A stretch of DNA of 64,000 bases, from assembly GCA_963807605.1 (NCBI GenBank), contig CAWECG010000004.1:384001-448000 (forward strand). The letters are read 5' to 3'. How positions within the stretch are numbered: the first letter of the stretch is position 1; every line of letters starts with the position of its first letter. The notes under the pieces were generated by a model. It was not told the origin of the DNA. It saw only the letters and a list, made by a program, of their open reading frames with translations, and did not search any database. The DNA is from Candidatus Bathyarchaeota archaeon. Lineage in GTDB: Archaea; Thermoproteota; Bathyarchaeia; 40CM-2-53-6; RBG-13-38-9. This document shows, in pieces, positions 21,087 to 29,914 of this stretch. The translations under genes were made by a program, and so were the position numbers.

Positions 21087-22160
21087 TCACCGCTCTCTCG
21101 ATCCGCTGATGTACTCCTCAACCCATCCTTTTGCGATGCTGGTAGATGCCTGAACGGGCGGGTGCTTGAATGCGTAGGAGGATATGCTGACTAAAGGTCC
21201 ACTTACCTTTCTGTCCAACGCCAGTTTGACAGCTCTGATTACATCTATTATTACTCCTCCACTGTTTGGTGCGTCCCAAATGTCTAGTTTAACGTCAACA
21301 CTGGCTGGTGACTCGCCGAAGTATCTGCCTCTGAGACGAATGTAACAGATCTTCTTGTTATCTAGGAAATCAACATAATCGCTTGGCCCGATCCTCAAGG
21401 GGACATCGTAAGGGATCATAGCCTGTACCGCGCTTGTCTTGCTTATCCTCTTTGACTTCAGCCGCTCCTCTTCCAACATGTTCAGAAAGTCCGTATCGCC
21501 ACCTATATTCAACTGGTAGCTCTCATCAATCTTAACCCCTCGATCCACAAGCAACTTCGCCAACGTCTTATGCAGGACTGTTGCGCCCAGTTGGCTCATC
21601 ACATCATCGCCTGCAACTGGAAGACCTGCCGATCTGAATCGTTCCTGCCAGCCTTCGTTTGAGGCTATGAAGACCGGGATGCAATTGATCAAGGCACATC
21701 CCGCTTTGAGCGCCTGCTCAGCGTACCATCGTGTAGCTTTCTCACTTCCAACAGGCAGGTAATTGACCAGAACATCTGCGTTAGATTGACGAAGAACATC
21801 AGCCACCTCAACGTCCTTCTGGTCCTTCTCGACCTTAACAACCGGCTTTAGGTACTTGCCAAGACCGTCCATAACTGGTCCACGTAACACTGTCACTCCT
21901 GCATTCGGAGGTCTCGCGAAGATCCGGGTATTATTCGGTTTGGAGAAAATCGCCTCGCTGAGATCCCTACCAACCTTTCTTGAATCAACATCAAAAGCGG
22001 CGACGAACTTTATGTTTGACGGGTGGTACCCTCCAAACTTGACGTGAAGCAAGCCTGGAACGATTTCATTCTCTGGCGCTTCCTTGTAGAAGTGAACTCC
22101 TTGAATGACTGCTGATGCACAGTTTCCAACGCCAGCAATCGCGACATTGATGTTTGACAA
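21087..22160 (-). CDS. ino1: myo-inositol-1-phosphate synthase (canonical copy)
   Basis: GVGNCAS, NYLPVGS, GDD, NIGGDTDFLN, SKRISK, DNKK, WDAPNS, AFKHPP. Confidence 0.93.
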   Translation of the reverse strand: MSNINVAIAGVGNCASAVIQGVHFYKEAPENEIVPGLLHVKFGGYHPSNIKFVAAFDVDSRKVGRDLSEAIFSKPNNTRIFARPPNAGVTVLRGPVMDGLGKYLKPVVKVEKDQKDVEVADVLRQSNADVLVNYLPVGSEKATRWYAEQALKAGCALINCIPVFIASNEGWQERFRSAGLPVAGDDVMSQLGATVLHKTLAKLLVDRGVKIDESYQLNIGGDTDFLNMLEEERLKSKRISKTSAVQAMIPYDVPLRIGPSDYVDFLDNKKICYIRLRGRYFGESPASVDVKLDIWDAPNSGGVIIDVIRAVKLALDRKVSGPLVSISSYAFKHPPVQASTSIAKGWVEEYISGSRER

Positions 22161-22264
22161 TGGAATTGTCCCCTAGTGTTTTTCCTCATTGATAGATTGG
22201 TAGGGTAGAAAAGTCTTGCTTAGCCACGAGCCTGATTAAGTGAGTCAGATTCAAACAACCTCTT

Positions 22265-23047
22265 TCAGTTTGACTCAAGCGCTGAAATCGCCTCATCTCT
22301 GATCGATCGTGCAGATTCTGTGGGATTCGCGGAGTCATAGATGGCTCTTCCAACGATGAGGTAATCAGCTCCGGCCTTGACCGCTTCCTTGGAAGAGCCT
22401 CCCTGCACGGCTATCCCAGGAGAGTATATGGGCACTCTACCTTGGAGAATTGCCCTCGTTGAGGTAATCTTCTCAAGATGCGTTGCTCCCACGACAGCGC
22501 CATCGGCGTCCCAAGCCAACGCTCTCTCAGCGAAGATCATAAACTGCGGGCGTTCCCTACCAGTCTTGATATCGACCACGGTTTGGCCATAACCTTCGGC
22601 GGCTCCTTTGTGGCTCATATGAACCAGAAGGATCACACCCTTACCTCTAGCCGATGCTTCCCTGAAGACTGAGTCCAGCCCACCCTCCCAGCCTACGAAC
22701 GGCGATGCTATAAGAGCATCGAAGCCAGCATCGAAGTACTGTACCGCGGTGGCTAAGTTTGTGTGAGCGACATCGTTGAGTTTTGCGTCCATTATCGTTA
22801 CTAACCCAAAATCATGGGCGCGTTCGAGAAGATCCTTGATTTCTCTGTCCAAACACAATCTTAGAACGAGAGGTCTGTTTAGCTTCAAAGCGCAAATGTA
22901 AGGCGAGACTGCCTCAAGTATGTCAATGCATCTTGTGGAAAGAGCCGTTCTATCACGATCAGTCAGATCAAGGGCTAAGACTATTTTGGTCTTCAGCCTT
23001 TCAGATGCTTGGTTGATGGACCTCTTGAAGGTCGACAATCCCATCAA
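22265..23047 (-). CDS. pyrF: Orotidine-5'-phosphate decarboxylase
   Basis: LALD, DAKLNDV, MSH, VVGAT, SPGI..QGG, IVGRAI. Confidence 0.93.
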   Translation of the reverse strand: MMGLSTFKRSINQASERLKTKIVLALDLTDRDRTALSTRCIDILEAVSPYICALKLNRPLVLRLCLDREIKDLLERAHDFGLVTIMDAKLNDVAHTNLATAVQYFDAGFDALIASPFVGWEGGLDSVFREASARGKGVILLVHMSHKGAAEGYGQTVVDIKTGRERPQFMIFAERALAWDADGAVVGATHLEKITSTRAILQGRVPIYSPGIAVQGGSSKEAVKAGADYLIVGRAIYDSANPTESARSIRDEAISALESN

Positions 23048-23048
23048 C

Positions 23049-24167
23049 CTAGGGTCTGGGGGTCACCTTGCCTGATCTCCGGTCTTTGGCGAACATGTTG
23101 AAGAACCGGGTTGCTTCGTCAAAAGGTAGAGGTTTGGGCGGCATCTTGAATCCGTATGCGCAGACTTCCAATGGCACTCCGGTGATTCTGCGATCCTTTG
23201 CGAGCTTCAGTGCTCTTATGACGTCTACGAGTACCGCAGCGCATGCGGGTCCTTCAACAACGTTTAAGGTCATATCGAGAGTGAACTCGGCTTGACCGAA
23301 GTACTCTCCTTTCACCCAGAAGTGGCTCGTTCTGGAGTTCTTCATGAATTCGACATAGTCCGATGATCCCGCGGCCATTGGGAATTTGTATGGAATGGCA
23401 GAACTTACGGCTTTTATCTTTATCTTTCTCTTGATCCAGTATCTTTCTCGTTCGAGAGCATTGAGAGACTCCATTCCCCCGCCTATGTCGAGTTGGTAGC
23501 TCTCGTCGATCTTTACGCCTCTTCGCGCAAGCATTCTTAATATGGATTCGTGGAGGATAGTCGATCCGACCTGATTCTTTATGTCGTCGCCAACGAGTTG
23601 GAGTCGGGCAGAACTGAATTTTCGTTGCCAGAGCCCATCCGCAGCTAACTTGGTAGGGGTTGCATTCAAGAAGGCGCAACCAGCGTCAAGGGCCTCTTTA
23701 GCATAGAACTTCGTGGCTTTGGTTGCCCCTGTGGGCAGGAGATTAACCAAGATCTCTGCCTTCGTTTCTCGAAGAAGGTTCGAAACGTCTGCTGGCATCG
23801 AAGGGTCAACTGGGACTTTTCCTTTGGAGTAGTATCCCAGACCGTCAAGCAGCGGTCCCTTTCTGACCGTGACGCCGATCTTAGGGACTTCACTGAATTT
23901 AGGAGTGTTATTTGGATTAAGGAAGATTGCGTCAGAGAGGTCGCGTCCGATCTTGTCACTGTTGACGTCTATGGCGGTCACGAATTCGATATTCGCGACT
24001 CGATATCGGCCAACTCTCTCAGACATTAGTCCGACATTTCTCTTTCGTTTGGAGGCAGCATAATAATGGACTCCTTGTACTAAGGCTGAGCAGCAGTTAC
24101 CTACTCCTACGACAGCGACGTTGATCTTGCTCATCTTGAACTCACGATTGGCATTGATGTAGGACAT
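23049..24167 (-). CDS. Divergent inositol-phosphate synthase paralog
   Basis: GVGNCCS, GDDIKNQVG and FKMPP retained; several active-site motifs altered. Confidence 0.85.
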   Translation of the reverse strand: MSYINANREFKMSKINVAVVGVGNCCSALVQGVHYYAASKRKRNVGLMSERVGRYRVANIEFVTAIDVNSDKIGRDLSDAIFLNPNNTPKFSEVPKIGVTVRKGPLLDGLGYYSKGKVPVDPSMPADVSNLLRETKAEILVNLLPTGATKATKFYAKEALDAGCAFLNATPTKLAADGLWQRKFSSARLQLVGDDIKNQVGSTILHESILRMLARRGVKIDESYQLDIGGGMESLNALERERYWIKRKIKIKAVSSAIPYKFPMAAGSSDYVEFMKNSRTSHFWVKGEYFGQAEFTLDMTLNVVEGPACAAVLVDVIRALKLAKDRRITGVPLEVCAYGFKMPPKPLPFDEATRFFNMFAKDRRSGKVTPRP

Positions 24168-24271
24168 CCACTTGAAAAGGTTATATTCTCACTGAAATGG
24201 CGGCTGAGTAGAGCTGGTTCCCGTACACTACTTTGATCAAAGGCTGAGTGATATCATACGACACTTGAAGT

Positions 24272-25015
24272 TCAAGGTAAGAATGGCAGGCTGTCAACAT
24301 CTATCAGTTTAGCGTAGAAATATTTGGCTTCAGACGTGTTGGAAACGAACTCCAGCTTCTCGCCTGTGGGCTTCGAGGCATTATATCGGATGAAGGCTCC
24401 TTGAGGGGGCGCCTTCATCCTGTAGTAAAAGAATACTGGTAGCGCATCAGCTTCAAAATAGTGCTCAAAGGGAATCACCACTCCAACCTGATGTTCCCCT
24501 GCCTTTTCCAAATGCCACAACGGAAAGACCGTGCCTTCTCTTACTGATAGAGGAACGAGGACACGCATTATAGATCTTAGGTCGTCCACCTCCATTAGCA
24601 GAGGTTTCGCTGGCTTTGAGTACTTGCCTTCAAGAGAATCTCTGAAGAGAGCAGGAGTCTCCTTCATATTGATTATCGAGGCATACCTGTATCTCGTATC
24701 ATCGAAACTGTCGCTGTAGGACCATTCTTCTCCCGCTGGAGTGTCACATCTATATGCTAGAAACGGTTTCGTGGGTTTCTCGCCTATTAGATAAGCTAAC
24801 AGTGGCAAATCTCCGTTCCAGTACATGTATGCTGTGAAGAAGCATAGGGCAAACTTGTCTTTGAATGGAAGAGTCCAAGCTATCTGAGAGCCTTCGCTAA
24901 AGGCAAGCATGAGCCTTGCAAAATTCTTCATGTCAGGCACCCTGATCGGGATGGGCGGTTTGTCTGAGATCAAGGATAGAGGTCCCCGCTGATACAACTT
25001 AAAGGAGGGCGTCAC
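24272..25015 (-). CDS. Hypothetical protein
   Basis: 247-aa ORF co-oriented with neighbours, with two similar halves; no family recognised. Confidence 0.65.
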   Translation of the reverse strand: MTPSFKLYQRGPLSLISDKPPIPIRVPDMKNFARLMLAFSEGSQIAWTLPFKDKFALCFFTAYMYWNGDLPLLAYLIGEKPTKPFLAYRCDTPAGEEWSYSDSFDDTRYRYASIINMKETPALFRDSLEGKYSKPAKPLLMEVDDLRSIMRVLVPLSVREGTVFPLWHLEKAGEHQVGVVIPFEHYFEADALPVFFYYRMKAPPQGAFIRYNASKPTGEKLEFVSNTSEAKYFYAKLIDVDSLPFLP

Positions 25016-25068
25016 ATTGATAAGAGCCTTTCTGGTGATGGCGGATTACTGACTACTGATAATCTCAA

Positions 25069-27120
25069 ATGAATCCGTCAGTTAGGACTCTTTCTTCCCG
25101 CTCCACATGCAAAATCAACAGAGTCAACTACACTCAACCTTTTCTATGTCTCCATGCTTCAAAAATATTAGAGAATCAATTGTGCGAGAGGGGGAGAATT
25201 CTGTCTGGGACATCGGACTCCTGGTCGAGGAGGCTATATTCAACTGTCAAAGAAGGCGAGAGTCTACTCGATGCGTTGGAATCTCAGGGGCACAGTATCC
25301 TCTCTATGTGTGGGGGCCGAGGGTTGTGTGGGAAATGCAAGGTGGTCATTCTCAAGGGCTCAGGTAACCTGACGCGTGTTACCCAAACCGAAAAAATACA
25401 TCTGTTAAGCTCAGACCTCAAAGCGGGTTACAGACTGGCCTGTCTCGCCAAATCAACCAGATCGACTACCGTTGAGATTATGATACCGCCCGAAAGCGAG
25501 CAAACACAACAGAGGTTCGTCATCTCCGGGCTGACTCCACCTGTCAAGTTGTTACCGCCTATAAGAAAGGTGTTCGTCAGGTCTCGACCCCCCACCCTTA
25601 AAGACCCCACAGCTGACCTTGAACGCTTGATTGGGACACTGAGGAAGAAGGGAAAGTCAGAGATATCAGGAATAGGCTACAATACCCTGAAGTCTTTACC
25701 AAGACTCCTAAGACTCGATGACTGGAGGGTGACAGCCTCCATCTTCAAAAATGAGGAAATAGTTGGACTTGAGGCAGGGGACAAGACAGGTTCTTGCTAC
25801 GGTTTTGCAATTGACGTTGGCACGACTAAACTTGCAGGCTACCTCGTCGATCTGAAAGAGGGTGAAACTACCTCCACCGTCTCAAGTCTGAATCCACAAA
25901 CCAAGTTTGGTGCAGATATCATATCGAGAATAGCATATGCCATGAAAGGTGAAGAGGCCCTCGCTGAGCTGAACAGGTCCGTTGTCGACGGCATCAATAA
26001 GCTGATTCGCGACGCTTGCCAACTGGCGGGGTTGTCAACTAAGGATGTCATCGATGTATCCGTGGCGGGTAACACTGCAATGCATCATATCTTTCTCGGC
26101 ATCTCTCCACGCTACCTCTCCCTCTCTCCATATCCAGCAGGTCTGAAGAGAGGCTTGGAGTTGAGGGCTACCGATCTTGGTTTAGAGACTGCTCCAGATT
26201 CCCGGGTTTACATGTTTCCAATCATAGCCGGCTTTGTTGGCGGCGATGCTATTGCAGACATTATCGCAACAGGCATGCATTCAACACGAGAGCTCTCGAT
26301 GCTTATTGACATAGGAACTAATGCCGAGATAGTTCTGGGGAACAGGGACTGGCTGGTCGCATGTTCATGTGCTTCTGGACCGGCTTTCGAGGGAGCTCAC
26401 ATTAAGCATGGCATGCGTGCAGCAGAGGGTGCGATAGAGAGGATATGGATCGACCCCCAAACTCTGAATGTTTCGTACAAAGCCGTTGGTGGAGTCAAAC
26501 CTGTTGGGATATGTGGTTCAGCAATAGTCGAAGGCGTGGCGGAGATGTTCAGGGTTGGCATATTGGATTCAAGGGGACGCATGCGTAGCGACAGAAGCGC
26601 GGAGAGTCTCAGGGAGGCCGATGGCTCAATGGAGATAGTGATAACTTCGAAGAGGAATTCTGGAATAGATGACGATATTGTGATAACTCAGTCGGATGTT
26701 CGGGAGATACAGCTCGCAAAGGCCGCAGTTTATACCGGTATAGCAATCCTAATGAAACACAGGCATATCAAGCCCCGAGAGATAGAGAGAGTCTTTCTTG
26801 CCGGGGCTTTTGGAACATACATCGATCCTGCCAGTGCTCGCGACATTGGGATGTTTCCGGAAATTTCCCTTGGAAGAATTCAGTTTGTGGGTAATACTGC
26901 CGGATCTGGAGCTAGGATGGCCTTGATCTCCAGTCAAACAAGAAAGCTTGCTGAGAGAATCGCCTCCAAAGTTGAATATGTGGAGCTTGGCGCTGACCCA
27001 GACTTTCAGAGGGAGTTTATCTCAGCCATAGACTTCCCGAATGCTAAGAAGGAACTCTTCCCAACTGTCAACAAAATCATTGAACGAAACTATCACATTT
27101 CCGAGTCAGAGAAGAATTAG
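25069..27120 (+). CDS. ATP-dependent corrinoid reductive activase (RACo/RamA-like; 2Fe-2S plus ASKHA); true start probably near 25200
   Basis: CGGRGLCGKC...RLAC, IDVGTT, GADIISR, GNTAMHH, FVGGD, DIGTNAE, GPAFEG, GICGS, LAGAFG. Confidence 0.92.
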   Translation: MNPSVRTLSSRSTCKINRVNYTQPFLCLHASKILENQLCERGRILSGTSDSWSRRLYSTVKEGESLLDALESQGHSILSMCGGRGLCGKCKVVILKGSGNLTRVTQTEKIHLLSSDLKAGYRLACLAKSTRSTTVEIMIPPESEQTQQRFVISGLTPPVKLLPPIRKVFVRSRPPTLKDPTADLERLIGTLRKKGKSEISGIGYNTLKSLPRLLRLDDWRVTASIFKNEEIVGLEAGDKTGSCYGFAIDVGTTKLAGYLVDLKEGETTSTVSSLNPQTKFGADIISRIAYAMKGEEALAELNRSVVDGINKLIRDACQLAGLSTKDVIDVSVAGNTAMHHIFLGISPRYLSLSPYPAGLKRGLELRATDLGLETAPDSRVYMFPIIAGFVGGDAIADIIATGMHSTRELSMLIDIGTNAEIVLGNRDWLVACSCASGPAFEGAHIKHGMRAAEGAIERIWIDPQTLNVSYKAVGGVKPVGICGSAIVEGVAEMFRVGILDSRGRMRSDRSAESLREADGSMEIVITSKRNSGIDDDIVITQSDVREIQLAKAAVYTGIAILMKHRHIKPREIERVFLAGAFGTYIDPASARDIGMFPEISLGRIQFVGNTAGSGARMALISSQTRKLAERIASKVEYVELGADPDFQREFISAIDFPNAKKELFPTVNKIIERNYHISESEKN

Positions 27121-27161
27121 AAACCAGAAATCTGGCCAGTAGGGTCTGAACCTGTTCCGTG

Positions 27162-27953
27162 CTACCTGAACAGATCAAACTCCTTTGGACGGATAATCTC
27201 CTTAACTGAGCCCTTTCCCTTTGTGTAGCGGTATCCTCGGATCAAAGCAACTGGCGTTTTGTCAGACTTCCTCATAACAAGCTCACCGGTTGAGGCGAGC
27301 TCATCGGCAACTGCCATCACCGTCAGCCGCAGGACGCGTCCATACATGTCTTTGCGGCCACGGTAATCCAGCAGAGGTTTCATTCCCGAGATACCTATTG
27401 CCAAATTTGTCTGGCCAAGCCTCCATGGTCTCCCGAAGGTGTCTGAGATTATCACGGCGACATCTGCGCCCGTAAGATGCTTTATTCTTCTTCTGAGGAC
27501 TCTGGCTGAAGCGTCAGAATCTCTCGGTAAGGTAGAGATGTACTTTGTGCCCTCAATATTCGATTTGTCAACGCCCGCATTGGCACACACGAAACCATGA
27601 TATGTCTCGGTAATCAGGTGGTGTCCCCGCATCTTGACTATCTCTTTCGTCTCATCGAGGATCACCTCAACATGGCGTGGATCCTTCCTAGCGTCTCTAG
27701 CTATCTTCTTGGCAAAAGGGGATGGAGTGATCTCACGTAGATCGATAATTTTGCCTTCAGATTTTGAGACTATCTTTTGGGCAACCACAATTACGTCACC
27801 ACCTTCAAGAGAAAGATCCTGATTACCAGCGGTCTCAGCTATGATCTTACCTAGGTCGTCTCCCTCCTTGATGGAAGGAATCCCTTGCAACCCAAAGACA
27901 CTAAACCCTGACGCCCTGTAGAGCTTCATGGGATTCTTGAGCTTTGTATTCAT
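27162..27953 (-). CDS. cofE: Coenzyme F420-0:L-glutamate ligase
   Basis: QKIVSKSEG, ANAGVDKSN, SDTFGRPWRLG, ADELAS. Confidence 0.95.
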   Translation of the reverse strand: MNTKLKNPMKLYRASGFSVFGLQGIPSIKEGDDLGKIIAETAGNQDLSLEGGDVIVVAQKIVSKSEGKIIDLREITPSPFAKKIARDARKDPRHVEVILDETKEIVKMRGHHLITETYHGFVCANAGVDKSNIEGTKYISTLPRDSDASARVLRRRIKHLTGADVAVIISDTFGRPWRLGQTNLAIGISGMKPLLDYRGRKDMYGRVLRLTVMAVADELASTGELVMRKSDKTPVALIRGYRYTKGKGSVKEIIRPKEFDLFR

Positions 27954-28152
27954 CGATAAACATCCCGGAATTCATCAATAATGCAACGAGACATTTGCAG
28001 AAATAGGTTATGGAATGACAGAAGTCCAATCTAACTGGGGAATGTGATGAAGAAGACAATTAATTCCTAGAAGACGAGATGCTTGAACCTGTCTTAACCC
28101 AAAAAATCGACCTCGCACGATCCCTGGTTGCCTCTCCGGACTCGCCCGCACT

Positions 28153-29712
28153 TTACTCGATAGAGTTTCCAGGATTGGAGGTTAAACCAATTATCCTGTA
28201 GACCTGTGCAATGTCCAGACTCTTGCTTACTATGTCGGCGATCAGGTCAACGCCAGATGCCCAGTCATCCTGTATGGTTCTAGAAGGAGTAATTGTAGGG
28301 GAAAATCCCTTCTTGTTGGCAAGATATTTCAGAAGAGCCTCGCGAAAGGATCCGTCAAAGAGCCCATGCAAGTAAGTGCCGAGAACCAGCCCGGAACTGT
28401 CCGTTGCGCCATCAATGAGTTCTTGTCCCGTCCCAACAACTTGGATTTTGAACGCGGGGCTAGCAGACGGTCCAAGAACCGTATTGCCCATATGTATCTC
28501 ATAACCGATCACACCTGAATTGCCTACCTCATCGAGAAGTGGCCCTCGACCTATTGTCGTTGCCGAAACCTTTCTGGTAGTCTTTGCATACTGCTCAAAT
28601 TCCGTGGAAACATCCAAGAGACGTAACCCATCAACAGTTGCTGGAAGACCGTCCTCGACACCCATTCGATCAACAATTCTCTTTCCTAGCATCTGATACC
28701 CCCCACAGATACCGATCACTGGAACGGCAAGCCCAGAGATCTTTAAAATCTCAGAGGCCAAACCATTTTTCATCAGCCATTTGAGATCGCTTAACGTATT
28801 CTTCGTTCCGGGAATGATTAATGCGTCTGGGGCGCCCAGTTCCTCCACGGCGGATACATATCTCAATTTGACCTCCGCGATTGCACACAATGGATCGAAG
28901 TCCGTGAAGTTGGCGATGTGAGGCAACCTGATCACGGCAATGTCGTATCTGGCTGCTCTTCGCGGCTGATAGCTTTCAAAGAAGAGTGAATCTTCCTGTG
29001 GCAGAGCGAGATCGGGAATGTAAGGTATGATGCCCAGGACTTTCTTGGCGGTTTTCTTCTGGAGCAATCTGATTCCTGGCTCTAGAATTTCAGAGTCGCC
29101 GCGTAACTTATTAATAACGAGACCTTTGACCAGTGCTCTTTCTTTTTTGCTCAGAAGGTCAATTGTACCAAGAAGGGTCGCAAAGACCCCGCCCCGATCG
29201 ATGTCTGCGACCAGGATTACTGGTGCGTCCACCATCTTGGCGATGGTCATGTTTGCGATATCATTTGGAAGGTTAATCTCAACTGGGCTTCCAGCGCCCT
29301 CGATGACCACCATGTCGAATCTTGATGAGAGACGACGGTATGACTCTCGTATAGCCTCTAGACCCTTGTTAGGCGCGAATTGTGTCACGTAATCTTTGTA
29401 GTTTAGGTCAAGTGACGGCTTTCCGTGAACAATTACTTGACAAGTCCTAGAGTCCTTCGGCTTCAAAAGGATCGGATTCATGTCAGCGGTGGGTTCAATT
29501 CCGGCGGCTAACGCTTGTAGCGCCTGAGCTCTAGAAATCTCTGCGCCGTCATTCGTCACATAGGAATTCAGGGACATGTTTTGAGCTTTGAAGGGTGAAA
29601 CCCTGTAACCTCTTCTCGCAAGGAGTCTACACAAAGCAGCAACAAGAAGAGTCTTTCCGCTATGGGAGGAGGTGCCCTGCACCATCAAGTTCCTGCATTT
29701 TTTCAAACCCAA
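28153..29712 (-). CDS. cobQ: Cobyric acid synthase
   Basis: GTSSHSGKT, PFKAQNMS, EGAGSP, DIDRGG, NFTDFDPL, GICGGYQMLG, GTYLHG. Confidence 0.96.
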   Translation of the reverse strand: MGLKKCRNLMVQGTSSHSGKTLLVAALCRLLARRGYRVSPFKAQNMSLNSYVTNDGAEISRAQALQALAAGIEPTADMNPILLKPKDSRTCQVIVHGKPSLDLNYKDYVTQFAPNKGLEAIRESYRRLSSRFDMVVIEGAGSPVEINLPNDIANMTIAKMVDAPVILVADIDRGGVFATLLGTIDLLSKKERALVKGLVINKLRGDSEILEPGIRLLQKKTAKKVLGIIPYIPDLALPQEDSLFFESYQPRRAARYDIAVIRLPHIANFTDFDPLCAIAEVKLRYVSAVEELGAPDALIIPGTKNTLSDLKWLMKNGLASEILKISGLAVPVIGICGGYQMLGKRIVDRMGVEDGLPATVDGLRLLDVSTEFEQYAKTTRKVSATTIGRGPLLDEVGNSGVIGYEIHMGNTVLGPSASPAFKIQVVGTGQELIDGATDSSGLVLGTYLHGLFDGSFREALLKYLANKKGFSPTITPSRTIQDDWASGVDLIADIVSKSLDIAQVYRIIGLTSNPGNSIE

Positions 29713-29914
29713 CTATTATCCCTCTAGACATGTATGATTCGGTTTAGATGAGATTCTCAACGAATTCTAAGCAAGCGCGCGCGTATCCGCCGCAATTATT
29801 ACATGCCACGCTTCTGAAGCAGTTCTGCTTTTTGGTGAACACTGCTTTCGGCTAGCGGGCGCACTTGACAATCTAGACGATCGAACATAGGATAGGCTTC
29901 TGACAACAACGCAG

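Noticed and set aside
28040-28090. Possible C/D-box sRNA (GTGATGA ... CTTGA)
   Set aside because: No canonical D box (CTGA) and no terminal stem.
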